Positions 39,492-48,887 of a stretch of 64,000 nucleotides of DNA are shown here, piece by piece. Position 1 is the first letter of the stretch; each line of letters begins with the position of its first letter. Under the pieces are notes generated by a model. That model did no database searches, was not told where the DNA came from, and saw only the letters and a program-made list of their open reading frames with translations. The DNA comes from Patescibacteria group bacterium. GTDB taxonomy: Bacteria; Patescibacteriota; Minisyncoccia; Phycocordibacterales; Phycocordibacteraceae. Location: assembly GCA_013815345.1 (NCBI GenBank), contig JACDGK010000004.1, positions 10,361-74,360 on the forward strand. Reading direction: 5' to 3'. The position numbers and the translations under genes were made by a program.

Positions 39492-40037
39492 CTAACGAGT
39501 GAGACAGAAAGAGGTACTACTTGCGATCGAAGGTTCTGCTGCAGAAGGGGCACAAACAGTAATACGTCCGGTGGTTGCATCTTGCGCAACGGTATATCCG
39601 AGATCATAATTTTCGCCCGTGCCACTACATCCTGCCGTGGTGCATTTGTTGAAGCCATTCAAAGGGTCTCTTGGCAATTCTGACATATAGGTTGGAACCA
39701 GACAGGGTCGCAGATCCGGACCGATTTTAGCAATGTCGGTTGACGTAGCGGGAAGGGAGGTCACACACGAATCATTTCGAGTAAGCGCGGGCTGTAGAAA
39801 TGATCCTCCATTATCGGCGAGACGCTCACCGAGAGCATTAAGAATCGTTCCAACATCATTCTGACGCTGAGAATTACGAGCTTCCGCAAATTGCCGTAGA
39901 GGATTTACTGCGATCAAGACTACGGTGCTTAGAATGGCAAGCATGCCGATAACCACAAGAATTTCAATAAGGGTAAAACCACGAACACGAGGTGATCGCT
40001 GAGTGATGATGCGGGACGAAAGAGTGAGTATCTTCAT
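39492..40037 (-). CDS. type IV major pilin-like protein
   Basis: G|FTLIEILVVIG prepilin motif, NPLRQFAEARNSQR, Cys pairs. Confidence 0.9.
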   Translation of the reverse strand: MKILTLSSRIITQRSPRVRGFTLIEILVVIGMLAILSTVVLIAVNPLRQFAEARNSQRQNDVGTILNALGERLADNGGSFLQPALTRNDSCVTSLPATSTDIAKIGPDLRPCLVPTYMSELPRDPLNGFNKCTTAGCSGTGENYDLGYTVAQDATTGRITVCAPSAAEPSIASSTSFCLTR

Positions 40038-40084
40038 AAAGATGGAAATTAATAAATAAACTAATAAAGCACGAGCAATTCTTC

Positions 40085-40540
40085 CTATGGAGGAATGCTC
40101 ATGCGCTCGTTCCAAGAAGTTATAGAAAGTTTTGTGGTGGAAGAGTTATTTTGTACTGCCACTACCACAAGAGCGGTGTAGGCGTTACGGACTGCTGCAT
40201 GTGTTTCCAAAACGACTGACCCATCACGTATAGTGAGAGAATCAATGGAGCATATTTCAGGATCATCGGAAATACCGCTGCTTACCGTAATATTTTTGGC
40301 TTGAGTGAATAAAGTAGAATTTTCTTCATAGAGATACAGTCCTTCATAAACACATGAAGAGGCGAGTAGCTCACTTCTTAATTTACTGATGGAGTCAAGC
40401 TCATTAAAACGGGCAAAGAATATAACAGTACTACTTCGCAGGACAAAGGCAGAAAGTACGATAGATATAATGATTGCCGATAAAAGAGCAACATAGCCAC
40501 CGGGAGCAGACACTTGAGAGAAAATAACCTCCTTTTTCAT
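40085..40540 (-). CDS. PilX-like minor pilin
   Basis: G|YVALLSAIII hydrophobic N-terminus without E5; operon position. Confidence 0.6.
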   Translation of the reverse strand: MKKEVIFSQVSAPGGYVALLSAIIISIVLSAFVLRSSTVIFFARFNELDSISKLRSELLASSCVYEGLYLYEENSTLFTQAKNITVSSGISDDPEICSIDSLTIRDGSVVLETHAAVRNAYTALVVVAVQNNSSTTKLSITSWNERMSIPP

Positions 40541-41073
40541 GGTAAAAAAGAAATTACTCTAAAATGTTCCGATACGGTCTCGCCGCGTACTGTTTTTTCT
40601 GAAAGGTCAAATTCAGCGTGAAGGGATGAAGAACTGGAGCTCACGTTATTTTCCAGATACGTAAAATAACCATTCGTTACTTTTACAAACGTACTTGAGA
40701 AGGGAATAGGAGAGTTAGTGCCACGAGCAATAGAGAGTGAATTATCAAAGAAACCGATCGCAATAAGAGTATTGGTATCAGAAACAAGATCGATTTCCGT
40801 GCCACTTTCATTTAATTTTGGAAAATCTATCTGGTGAGCACGTCCTATCTCATACTGTATTTTTTGTGCAAGAAACTCCTCCTCGTTTTCTAGATCGGCT
40901 TTTGTTTCAGCGCGACCTACAGATTCAGAAAAAGCGATAATCCCTCCAAGAGTACTTTCCATAATGAATGAGAAAAGCGCGATGTAGAGAATGCATTCAA
41001 GAAGTGTAAATCCTTGGATGCGAGGGTGAACCTGGGAACAAGAACGGACGCAAAAGAAAAAGTGCCAATCCAT
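40537..41073 (-). CDS. minor pilin (PilW-like)
   Basis: G|FTLLECILYIAL; start ATG 41073. Confidence 0.75.
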   Translation of the reverse strand: MDWHFFFCVRSCSQVHPRIQGFTLLECILYIALFSFIMESTLGGIIAFSESVGRAETKADLENEEEFLAQKIQYEIGRAHQIDFPKLNESGTEIDLVSDTNTLIAIGFFDNSLSIARGTNSPIPFSSTFVKVTNGYFTYLENNVSSSSSSLHAEFDLSEKTVRGETVSEHFRVISFLP

Positions 41074-41075
41074 AT

Positions 41076-42587
41076 TTAAAGGGCGGTAACCACACTTACA
41101 TAGCCTGTATGATCGAGACCGACTGAGCCAATGTAGAGAGTATTGTTCCGACAAATAAGTGCTGTGCCGGTAGCGCCTGAAGGAAGTTGCAGAGGTGCGA
41201 CATACCGTGCGGGATGTTTGGGATCGCTTATGTCAAGCACGAGTAACGACGATGGGGTAAGAATGAACGCAAGAAAATCTCGAACAATAACGCCCTCAAT
41301 GGTGACAGGATTTGGGAGGTCGGGCACCACCGCAGAATAAAGTTGTGTCGGTGCACTCGTACTCGCCACCGTGAGAATAGAAAGCGCGGGTCCCGTGGGA
41401 GTGTACGTACGTCCCAGAAGAAGCGTGGTGCTCGAAAGAGCGATATCGCGCGCGTACCCAAAACCCGCAGTTCCGAGGGCGTCATACGATCCAATTTGAG
41501 TTATGCGCAATGGATCGTGTATATCCAGAATCATAAGATCACGAAAAGGGTCATCGGTAGCAAGATAGGCAAGCGCGCCACTAATAAGAATTCTATTAAT
41601 CGTTCGCCCTACCGGAAAACTTCCTAGTACAACCGGCGCGTAGGGGTCATGCACGTCGATAATATTGAATTCATTGCCGAGAGCACTTCCTGTTTTGGTT
41701 AACCCTAGATAGATAAGGCCGTCGCTATAGGCGATACTTTTAGCATTAGATTGTCCCCCCGAGCCCGTGGCGAAAGGAAATGTTGAAGTGGCGAGCTGGA
41801 AACTTTCAATAAGGGAGGGTGAATGAGTGTCTTGTATATCAAATATTTGTAATTGATTACATGCAGGACCAGCTACACACGTTGAAAAATCAGGCGTACC
41901 CGCATTTGCTGTATACATATATTTACCGGCGACCACAATCGCGTTTACGCCTTGTTTTGTAGTTGATGCAGTATCGATACTGCTTTGGTAGGAAGGGTGA
42001 GTGGATGAAGAGAGATCAAAAATAAAAAGAGTTGGATCAGTTTTATTCTGGGCACTGTTGATGCCAGCAATCAGTGTGGTGCTTGAAACCGCGAGTGTGG
42101 AAATAGGATAAGAACTCGAGCCATTTCCGGGAGGCAATAGGTCTCCTGATTGAAGGGAAAAGGTCTTCATCACCGGATGACTCCAATCTCCCATCAATAC
42201 GCTGTCACAGAGTGTAGGAGTGATTGTATTTTTAAAATCAGTTAGTACAGAATAGAGAGTCGAAGATCGAAATCTTCCTTTAGCATCAACCCAAGACACA
42301 TGGGCGCGGAGACGTTTAGTTATTCCGTCAGGAAGAAGGGTAGCGGAAAGAGATAATACATATTCATCGGTCGTGCTCGTGGCAAGTGAGAGGATACTAT
42401 TGAACGAATTTCTCCCCAGCAATTCCTGAGCAGTAAGGAGTTGGGAGGCAGCATTCATTGCCGTTCGTTCTTTGTGACCATCAGCTACTGAGGCAGGAAG
42501 AGCAATAGTGATAAGAAGAACCGCAGCAATCGTTGCGGTCATTAATCCGAGAGCGAGTAGGAGTTCAAGGGTAGAAAATCCGCGCAT
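41076..42587 (-). CDS. large minor pilin with LVIVD-type beta-propeller repeats (putative tip adhesin)
   Basis: G|FSTLELLLAL; repeats LFIFDLS, LQIFDIQ, FNIIDVHDP, LMILDIHDP, LLVLDISDP. Confidence 0.75.
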   Translation of the reverse strand: MRGFSTLELLLALGLMTATIAAVLLITIALPASVADGHKERTAMNAASQLLTAQELLGRNSFNSILSLATSTTDEYVLSLSATLLPDGITKRLRAHVSWVDAKGRFRSSTLYSVLTDFKNTITPTLCDSVLMGDWSHPVMKTFSLQSGDLLPPGNGSSSYPISTLAVSSTTLIAGINSAQNKTDPTLFIFDLSSSTHPSYQSSIDTASTTKQGVNAIVVAGKYMYTANAGTPDFSTCVAGPACNQLQIFDIQDTHSPSLIESFQLATSTFPFATGSGGQSNAKSIAYSDGLIYLGLTKTGSALGNEFNIIDVHDPYAPVVLGSFPVGRTINRILISGALAYLATDDPFRDLMILDIHDPLRITQIGSYDALGTAGFGYARDIALSSTTLLLGRTYTPTGPALSILTVASTSAPTQLYSAVVPDLPNPVTIEGVIVRDFLAFILTPSSLLVLDISDPKHPARYVAPLQLPSGATGTALICRNNTLYIGSVGLDHTGYVSVVTAL

Positions 42588-42591
42588 ACAG

Positions 42592-43095
42592 CTATTGGGG
42601 GAGAGCAGAAGACACAGAAATTCCACCTTCGGTAGTAACTGTTACGTTCTGAGTTGAAGAGCTGCTGTTTTCCTGCGACCAGCGGAGTGTAGTCGTGCTG
42701 GCGACTGTTCCTGAAAGGGAAGCAAATACTACTTCTTTTCCACTAGGTACAGGTATGATCTTCGAGAGAGGCAGATTTTCGTCAAAAAGTTCGGATCGGC
42801 TCCCATAACTGCTTCCTTGGAAAACTGTTGCGGTCGATGACGTTAAATACACTCCATGATCAACACCTGCCGTACATCCGGAACCTTTACAGATTCCGTT
42901 GATTGCTTCAGCTCGAGCTCGAGTGAGGGCTAAACGTATAGTGATTTGATTTGAATAAGCGAGTTCGTGAGTATAACTTCCAATACTTCCCAGGAATCCT
43001 ACGCTTGCCAAAAGCGTTAATACTGTAAGTGAAATAAGCGCTTCAATAAGCGTAAAACCAGAAAGATGTTGCGAGGAAATGTGTGGAAGGGACAT
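42592..43095 (-). CDS. minor pilin (FimT/GspH-like)
   Basis: G|FTLIEALISL, ALTRARAEA, HGVY. Confidence 0.75.
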   Translation of the reverse strand: MSLPHISSQHLSGFTLIEALISLTVLTLLASVGFLGSIGSYTHELAYSNQITIRLALTRARAEAINGICKGSGCTAGVDHGVYLTSSTATVFQGSSYGSRSELFDENLPLSKIIPVPSGKEVVFASLSGTVASTTTLRWSQENSSSSTQNVTVTTEGGISVSSALPQ

Positions 43096-43097
43096 AC

Positions 43098-44183
43098 TTA
43101 TGGATGGGCGTTAAGATTTTGTGTCACGCTGTATATCGGGGTAATAATTGCAAGTGCAACAAAGCCGACAATGAGACCCATTAGAATCATCAAAATTGGC
43201 TCGATAAATACCGTGAGATTTTTAATGAGTTCTTCCAAATCATTTTCATAAAGCGTGGCAAGCGAATCCAGATTTTCACACAAGGTTCCGGTCGTTTCTC
43301 CAGCAGCAATCATTTGAATCACCACAGGTGGAAATAATTGAGGGTGCTGAGTGAGAGCGAAAGAAAAACGGTGACCTTCACTAATTTGTTTTTCGGTAGA
43401 GAAAAGTGCTTCAGGATAGGAAAGTCCCGGGAGTGCCGCTCGCACGAGTACAAGCGCGGGGATAATACGAATACCACCAGCAAGAAGTAATGCGAGTACT
43501 CGTAAAAATAGCGATACACTGTAATTTCGATACAGAGAACCGAAAAGCGGTATCCGCACAAAGAAATGCTCGATAGCACGACGTACGAAACTGTTTCGAA
43601 AAAGAATGAATATACCTATACTGCACAGTGCGAGACCAACGATGAACCACAACCAATCGCGCGCCAAAAAAGTATTCGCACCTATGAGGAGTCGAGTAGG
43701 AAGGGGAAGGACTGTTTGAAAGCTCTCCAAGACCGGAAGAATTTTTGGAAAAATATAAAAAGTGAGAAAACCGGTAATACAAATTGTGCCGACCAAAATG
43801 ATCGCAGGATATACCAGTGCTCCCAGTACTTTTTGACTAAGCATACGACGTTTCTCAAGTAGGGTGGCGATATGCTCAAGCGTCAGGGTAAGCGATCCAC
43901 TCGCTTCTCCTGCCTCTATAAAGCCAATCGTAAAGCGATCAAATTGATGCGGGAACTTTGCGAAACCACGAGAGAGCGGTTCACCGCGCGCGACTGTCGC
44001 CGCGAGAGTACGGAGAATAAAGAATGCAGAATGAGACTTTACGTTTTCAGCAATATATCCAAGAGAACGAGGAAGGGAAATGCCTGAGCCTGAATAAAGA
44101 GCGAGTCGCTTCATAAGAAGGATTTGCTGAGAGCGGTTATAGCGCAGAAAACGCGGCCTATTTCTTTCCTTTACTCTATTCAT
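43098..44183 (-). CDS. pilC: type IV pilus platform protein PilC/GspF
   Basis: AGEASGSL, ALVYP, LPLPTR, QMIAAGETTG, IEPILMI. Confidence 0.9.
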   Translation of the reverse strand: MNRVKERNRPRFLRYNRSQQILLMKRLALYSGSGISLPRSLGYIAENVKSHSAFFILRTLAATVARGEPLSRGFAKFPHQFDRFTIGFIEAGEASGSLTLTLEHIATLLEKRRMLSQKVLGALVYPAIILVGTICITGFLTFYIFPKILPVLESFQTVLPLPTRLLIGANTFLARDWLWFIVGLALCSIGIFILFRNSFVRRAIEHFFVRIPLFGSLYRNYSVSLFLRVLALLLAGGIRIIPALVLVRAALPGLSYPEALFSTEKQISEGHRFSFALTQHPQLFPPVVIQMIAAGETTGTLCENLDSLATLYENDLEELIKNLTVFIEPILMILMGLIVGFVALAIITPIYSVTQNLNAHP

Positions 44184-45468
44184 GGATAAGTGTGAGGACC
44201 TCATCTATCGGAACCAGGCCTTCAGCTGCCTTTTGCATGCCATCCTCGAACAACGTTTGCATTCCATCTTGTTGCGCAAGAAGAGAGAGTTCTCGAGCCG
44301 ATGCTTTTCGCGCTATCGCATCCCGCAACTCATTATTCACAAAAAGTATTTCAAATATTCCTATACGTCCATTACTGCCAGTATTTTCACATCTCAAACA
44401 CCCGATTGATGAAAAATAGGAGCAAGAGGAGATCTCCAAATTCCCTGATCGGTTTGTCAGCACAAGCCGTTGCTCTTCCGTAAGTGCTTTGGAAACTCGG
44501 CAGAACGTGCACAGGCGTCGCACTAGACGTTCCGCAACGACAAGCTGTATGGTTGAAGCGATAAGGTATGGCTCAATTCCCAGATCAATAAGTCGGGGAA
44601 GTGCGCTTGGGGCGCTGGTCGTATGGAGCGTTGATAAAACTAAATGGCCGGTAAGTGCCGCATGAACAGCCAGTGATGCAGTCTCATGATCGCGAATTTC
44701 ACCAATGCCTATAATGTTTGGATCTTGTCGGAGAATGCTTCGAAGACCCTCAGCAAAGGTAAGTCCACTTCGTTGACTTGCCTGAATTTGATTAATTCCT
44801 TCCATTGAATACTCGATCGGATCTTCAATAGTAATAATCGATAGTAATCGAGTATTGAGATACTGCATAAACGCATAGAGGGTGCTGGTTTTTCCACTTC
44901 CCGTGGGACCAGTTAGAAGAAGGAGTCCGTGAGGATTGGAAAGCGCACGGCGAATGATTGTCTGATGAATACTTGATAATCCCAATGATTCAAAAGTATT
45001 CAACTGGTCACGAGAAGAAAGAAGTCGCAATACTGCATTTTCGCCATAGTACGTTGGAGCGATTGAAAGACGTATATCGAGAAATGCTGCTAAAGAAGAT
45101 GATCCCACAGAATCTGGATGGACTCTCTCTGTTAAAAAGAAACGAAACCTCCCGTCCTGTGGTATACCATGCTCATCTATGCGCAACCCAGCAAGTATCT
45201 TGAGACGTGCAAGAATTTCACGATGAATCCACATTGGAATATCGTGAGCATCACGCAATTTTCCATCCACACGAAATCGGGAGGCAAGTATGGTTTCTCC
45301 AGGATCAAGGTGTATATCAGAAGATTGCAGTGCATGAGCATGTTGTATTACATGTTCTATAAGTCGCACCGCTGACACCGATTCTCGCGCAAGTTCTTCC
45401 CGAATTACTTTTTGTGATTCTCTATCGAGAATTTGGCTTGCAGTAATTGCTGTTTCGTCAGGTGGCAT
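44176..45468 (-). CDS. pilB: pilus assembly ATPase PilB/GspE (short form)
   Basis: SDIHLDP, PQDGRF, GPTGSGKT, EDPIEY, LRQDP..GEIRD, CxxC..CxxC. Confidence 0.92.
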   Translation of the reverse strand: MPPDETAITASQILDRESQKVIREELARESVSAVRLIEHVIQHAHALQSSDIHLDPGETILASRFRVDGKLRDAHDIPMWIHREILARLKILAGLRIDEHGIPQDGRFRFFLTERVHPDSVGSSSLAAFLDIRLSIAPTYYGENAVLRLLSSRDQLNTFESLGLSSIHQTIIRRALSNPHGLLLLTGPTGSGKTSTLYAFMQYLNTRLLSIITIEDPIEYSMEGINQIQASQRSGLTFAEGLRSILRQDPNIIGIGEIRDHETASLAVHAALTGHLVLSTLHTTSAPSALPRLIDLGIEPYLIASTIQLVVAERLVRRLCTFCRVSKALTEEQRLVLTNRSGNLEISSCSYFSSIGCLRCENTGSNGRIGIFEILFVNNELRDAIARKASARELSLLAQQDGMQTLFEDGMQKAAEGLVPIDEVLTLIHE

Positions 45469-45582
45469 TTAAGCACTTTATTCAATCGTCCCCTCTTTAT
45501 TTTTAAAGACGAATTAAAATCTTTATGAAATTTAAGTGGGGAGTCTGAATGAATAAGTTTGTTACAACCTTTCCTCATATAA

Positions 45583-45846
45583 CCTGATATAGTTGATATT
45601 AAGCAAGGAGTACTTGCGCTGGGAGGGGAATATCACATGGATGCGAATGTAATATTAGTTGAGCAGGGTTCTGCACAAGATGACATTTGGGGTTTTAATA
45701 TTTATCCTGATCTTAAAGATGATAGCTGGATAGCATTTGTCTCTCTTATTAATATTCGACCTGCATTGGGGAATTTCGGCATGGAAATTAAAGACAAAAA
45801 CATTCGAACTTGTATGCGGCAGTGTATTGAAAGGCTAATCATATGA
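45583..45846 (+). pseudogene. N-terminally truncated DUF5674-like gene
   Basis: Frame reads IVDIKQGVLALGGEYHMDANVILVEQGSAQDDIWGFNIYP..SLINIRP; TAA at 45580 lies where more coding sequence is expected. Confidence 0.55.
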
Positions 45847-46136
45847 ACACCGACCGAACTCCTACCTTTCTTATGGCTAATTTGGGGAGTGAATTCATCA
45901 GGCTGTATGTCGCCTTGGAAGGCACTGATCTCGTGCGGATTGAAGAGAGTCGTGCTCGTGCTATGCGCATCATTGATACGCTGCCCCTACATCCAGAATT
46001 AAAAGGACGTACTGATGAAATAGAGATACTGCGCAATGTGCTCGAAGATAGTATCTTATCAAAGCCGCGATATCGAATAAACAAGAATGATCTTGAAGCA
46101 TATTTCGCGCCTTTCGCTCTCCGCGTCTTAGGTTAA
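45843..46136 (+). CDS. hypothetical helical protein
   Basis: ATGA overlap with the upstream gene; LMANLGSE..YFAPFA. Confidence 0.7.
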   Translation: MNTDRTPTFLMANLGSEFIRLYVALEGTDLVRIEESRARAMRIIDTLPLHPELKGRTDEIEILRNVLEDSILSKPRYRINKNDLEAYFAPFALRVLG

Positions 46137-46388
46137 GGCTTCGTTAATAAACCTTACTTTGCGGCCTATTTTAGAGGGCCATAAAATGGCCTACTTTCTG
46201 GAGGTGAAATCAAAATAACCAGTATATAGGCCATATAATCGTTGCTTCTTTATGAAAAAATCATTAAAATTGATTGACAAAAGGGGTCTTGAAATGATAG
46301 GATGCTGGTAAGAGTTGCTAAGGGTCACGTACTTAATTTCTATAGGTTATCTATAGATTTTTTGTTTCTGAACTTTGGTAACTCACTT

Positions 46389-47036
46389 ATGCACAAATCT
46401 ATAGGCTTAATTGCCTTATTTCTTTTGTCCAATAGTGTCTTAGCGCCCACGCAGGCCAATGCAGCAACGGCTCCTCTCTCGGTATCAACGAGTACGGAAG
46501 CAGTCGCTGGCATGACGACCACCAATGAAGTTCAGGAACTTCCGACCGCGCCATTAGCTTCCTCTACAGCTTATACGGTCACTCTTACCTCGTACAACGC
46601 GGTACCTGAACAGACGAGCCCAACCCCGTGGATGACGGCCAGCGGAGCACCTTCAAATGCGGAGGTGATAGCGGCGCGTTCTCATGATCTCGCCCAAAAA
46701 CTTCCGTACGGCACGATCATTGCTGTACTAGGTCCGACTTCTTCGTACTCAGGTCCTTTTTGTGGGTACAAGAGCGTGCAGCATCTTATCGGGTATCGCG
46801 TTATCGCTGACTCCATGAACGCCCGCATGCATAACAAAGTGGATGTGCAACTCGACCAGCACGATACCGTTCCCTTTAAAGGCCTTCAGTTGAATCCTGC
46901 GATAGTGCTGGGTGCGTGTACGGGAGTAAAGATACAAGTAGTGGGGTATGTGAATCCTCAACACATTCCGAAAACTCAAACTGCACTAGCAGCTCTCGTG
47001 GATGGAAGCAACAATCTCGCCTACTCAAAATTTTAA
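46389..47036 (+). CDS. secreted 3D-domain (MltA-like) protein
   Basis: Signal peptide; VTLTSYNAVPEQT..MTASG, LPYGT, ADSMNARMHNKVDV; upstream TTGACA-18-TAGGAT. Confidence 0.75.
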   Translation: MHKSIGLIALFLLSNSVLAPTQANAATAPLSVSTSTEAVAGMTTTNEVQELPTAPLASSTAYTVTLTSYNAVPEQTSPTPWMTASGAPSNAEVIAARSHDLAQKLPYGTIIAVLGPTSSYSGPFCGYKSVQHLIGYRVIADSMNARMHNKVDVQLDQHDTVPFKGLQLNPAIVLGACTGVKIQVVGYVNPQHIPKTQTALAALVDGSNNLAYSKF

Positions 47037-47047
47037 ATACGCAGCCA

Positions 47048-47080
47048 AAGACCCGCCTGGCTTTAGCCAGGCGGGTCTTT
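47048..47080 (+). terminator. terminator
   Basis: aagacccgcctggct-tt-agccaggcgggtctt. Confidence 0.8.
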
Positions 47081-48584
47081 GAATTCTGGTACACTATACT
47101 ACCCACTGCTTCTTTTTATCGTGACTTCTGATACCTTGCGACATTTTATATCGAATCAGCGTCTCACTCTAGGGATATTCTTTCTTATCGCTATTGTTCT
47201 TGCAGGATCGTCCTATCTTTTGCTGTATCGTCTTGGTGCTGAACCATTACACGATTATGACGAGGCGACGTATGCAGAAATTTCTCTTGAAAGTGGGCTT
47301 AGTCATCAGTACGTCGTGCCTACTTTTCTAGGAAATGAGTTTTTTAGAAAACCGCCACTTCTTTTCTGGCTCATTGATGTAGACAATAAAATCATTTCTA
47401 GTTCAGAATTGGCGGCGCGTTTGCCCTCGGCTCTTTCAGCCTTAGGCCTCATCATTTTGGTGATGCGTTTGGTATATGAAGCCACAAAAAGTGGCTTTGC
47501 CGCGGTGTTTGGTGGGGCAGTACTCATGACTACCAGTGCGTTTATTGAGCCGGCACGGCAGGTACGTCTTGATCTCCTCGTGTCTTTTTTCAGCCTTGCC
47601 GCGGTCTATGCTTTTCTTCGAGCGCTTGATGATCGACATAGACATTGTTTTCTTGGGTTTGGGATCTTTCTGGGTTTTGCTGTACTTGCGAAAGGGCCTC
47701 TGGCTATTTTTACGATTGTTGCAGTACTTACTCTAGCGGCTATCTATAAACGGTTTGAGTGGATCCGAGATCGCTACTTCTGGGGTGGAGTGCTGCTTTT
47801 TCTCCTTATCGCGTTGCCCTGGCACTTTTATGAAACGATTCGTTTCGGATTTACGTTTTGGAACGTGTATCTTGGCGATCAGGTATTCTCTCGCATGGGA
47901 CAAACACTTTTTAGCGGGCCCACCAATGGGGATTATATTTCCTATCTTTTTGCTTTCGCAATTCCGTGGATTGTGGTCTTCGGGGCGAGTGTCGTGGCTG
48001 GAGGTTTTTTATGGAAACGTATGAGAAAGAAAACTCAAGCGCTTTTTGTGGCTAGCGTGATCACCGTGATTAGTATAGTGCTGATATTTTTTAGCGCCAA
48101 GACGAAAGCCGGCTCGTACCTCATCTCTTTGTATCCCTTCATGGCAGTAGCGGTAGCGGTAAGTGTGTTTGAAATATATCGACTATTGCATACACGTGCA
48201 CGAATATTCTTGATTTTATCCTGCGTAATTTTAAGTAGTGTAGGTTTTGAGCTCTCAATTTTCAATGGATTCCACACCAATCCGTACTACGCAACAATTG
48301 ATGCTCTCGCAATGCAGGAGAAGGGTATAGGGCAAACGTTGCGTGCTCAGCACGCGTCGCAATTCTATGTGTACAACGCGACCACCCTTGGCTCAATTAT
48401 GTTCTATAGTCGTATTTTGCATCCGATCAGTCTCGGGCCGGGAGGTATGCCTCCGATCGGATCATTTATTCTCTACCAGACTACTGAAGCGGCACAGTTG
48501 CATGCCGTCTATCCTACTCTTTCATTCATTTCTGATTACGAAGGAAGCTTATTGACGCTTGCTTCTGTTGCTTCGGAAGACTGA
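47079..48584 (+). CDS. ArnT/PMT-family (GT-C fold) glycosyltransferase
   Basis: DYDEATYA, FRKPPL, AARLPSA, LAKGP, many TMs; start uncertain (GTG 47121 possible). Confidence 0.88.
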   Translation: MNSGTLYYPLLLFIVTSDTLRHFISNQRLTLGIFFLIAIVLAGSSYLLLYRLGAEPLHDYDEATYAEISLESGLSHQYVVPTFLGNEFFRKPPLLFWLIDVDNKIISSSELAARLPSALSALGLIILVMRLVYEATKSGFAAVFGGAVLMTTSAFIEPARQVRLDLLVSFFSLAAVYAFLRALDDRHRHCFLGFGIFLGFAVLAKGPLAIFTIVAVLTLAAIYKRFEWIRDRYFWGGVLLFLLIALPWHFYETIRFGFTFWNVYLGDQVFSRMGQTLFSGPTNGDYISYLFAFAIPWIVVFGASVVAGGFLWKRMRKKTQALFVASVITVISIVLIFFSAKTKAGSYLISLYPFMAVAVAVSVFEIYRLLHTRARIFLILSCVILSSVGFELSIFNGFHTNPYYATIDALAMQEKGIGQTLRAQHASQFYVYNATTLGSIMFYSRILHPISLGPGGMPPIGSFILYQTTEAAQLHAVYPTLSFISDYEGSLLTLASVASED

Positions 48585-48865
48585 GCGGCGAAATTATTCT
48601 GCAGCATGAGGTTACGAAAATAAATAAAAAGAGAGAGTACTTGGGCAGTCGCAAAAACGATGTCCCGGATGTGAATCGAATATACGAGAATCAAGAGTGA
48701 ACCGCCGATGCTCAAATACCAGAAACTGAGAGGCACAATGACCGCCTGCTTTTTTTCAGAAGTGAGCCATTGTATGATGAAGCGAAGAAAAAAGATGAAC
48801 TGTCCAAAAAAGCCGAAAATCACCCAGGGATTGAGCAGTTCGGCAGAAAGTGCAGTAAATGTCAT
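48536..48865 (-). CDS. lipid-A-disaccharide synthase N-terminal (LAB_N) domain protein
   Basis: GFFGQFIFFLRFIIQW..SEK..VPLSFWYLS..YFRNL. Confidence 0.85.
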   Translation of the reverse strand: MTFTALSAELLNPWVIFGFFGQFIFFLRFIIQWLTSEKKQAVIVPLSFWYLSIGGSLLILVYSIHIRDIVFATAQVLSLFIYFRNLMLQNNFAAQSSEATEASVNKLPS

Positions 48866-48887
48866 AACCAGTCCATAATACGTCAAT

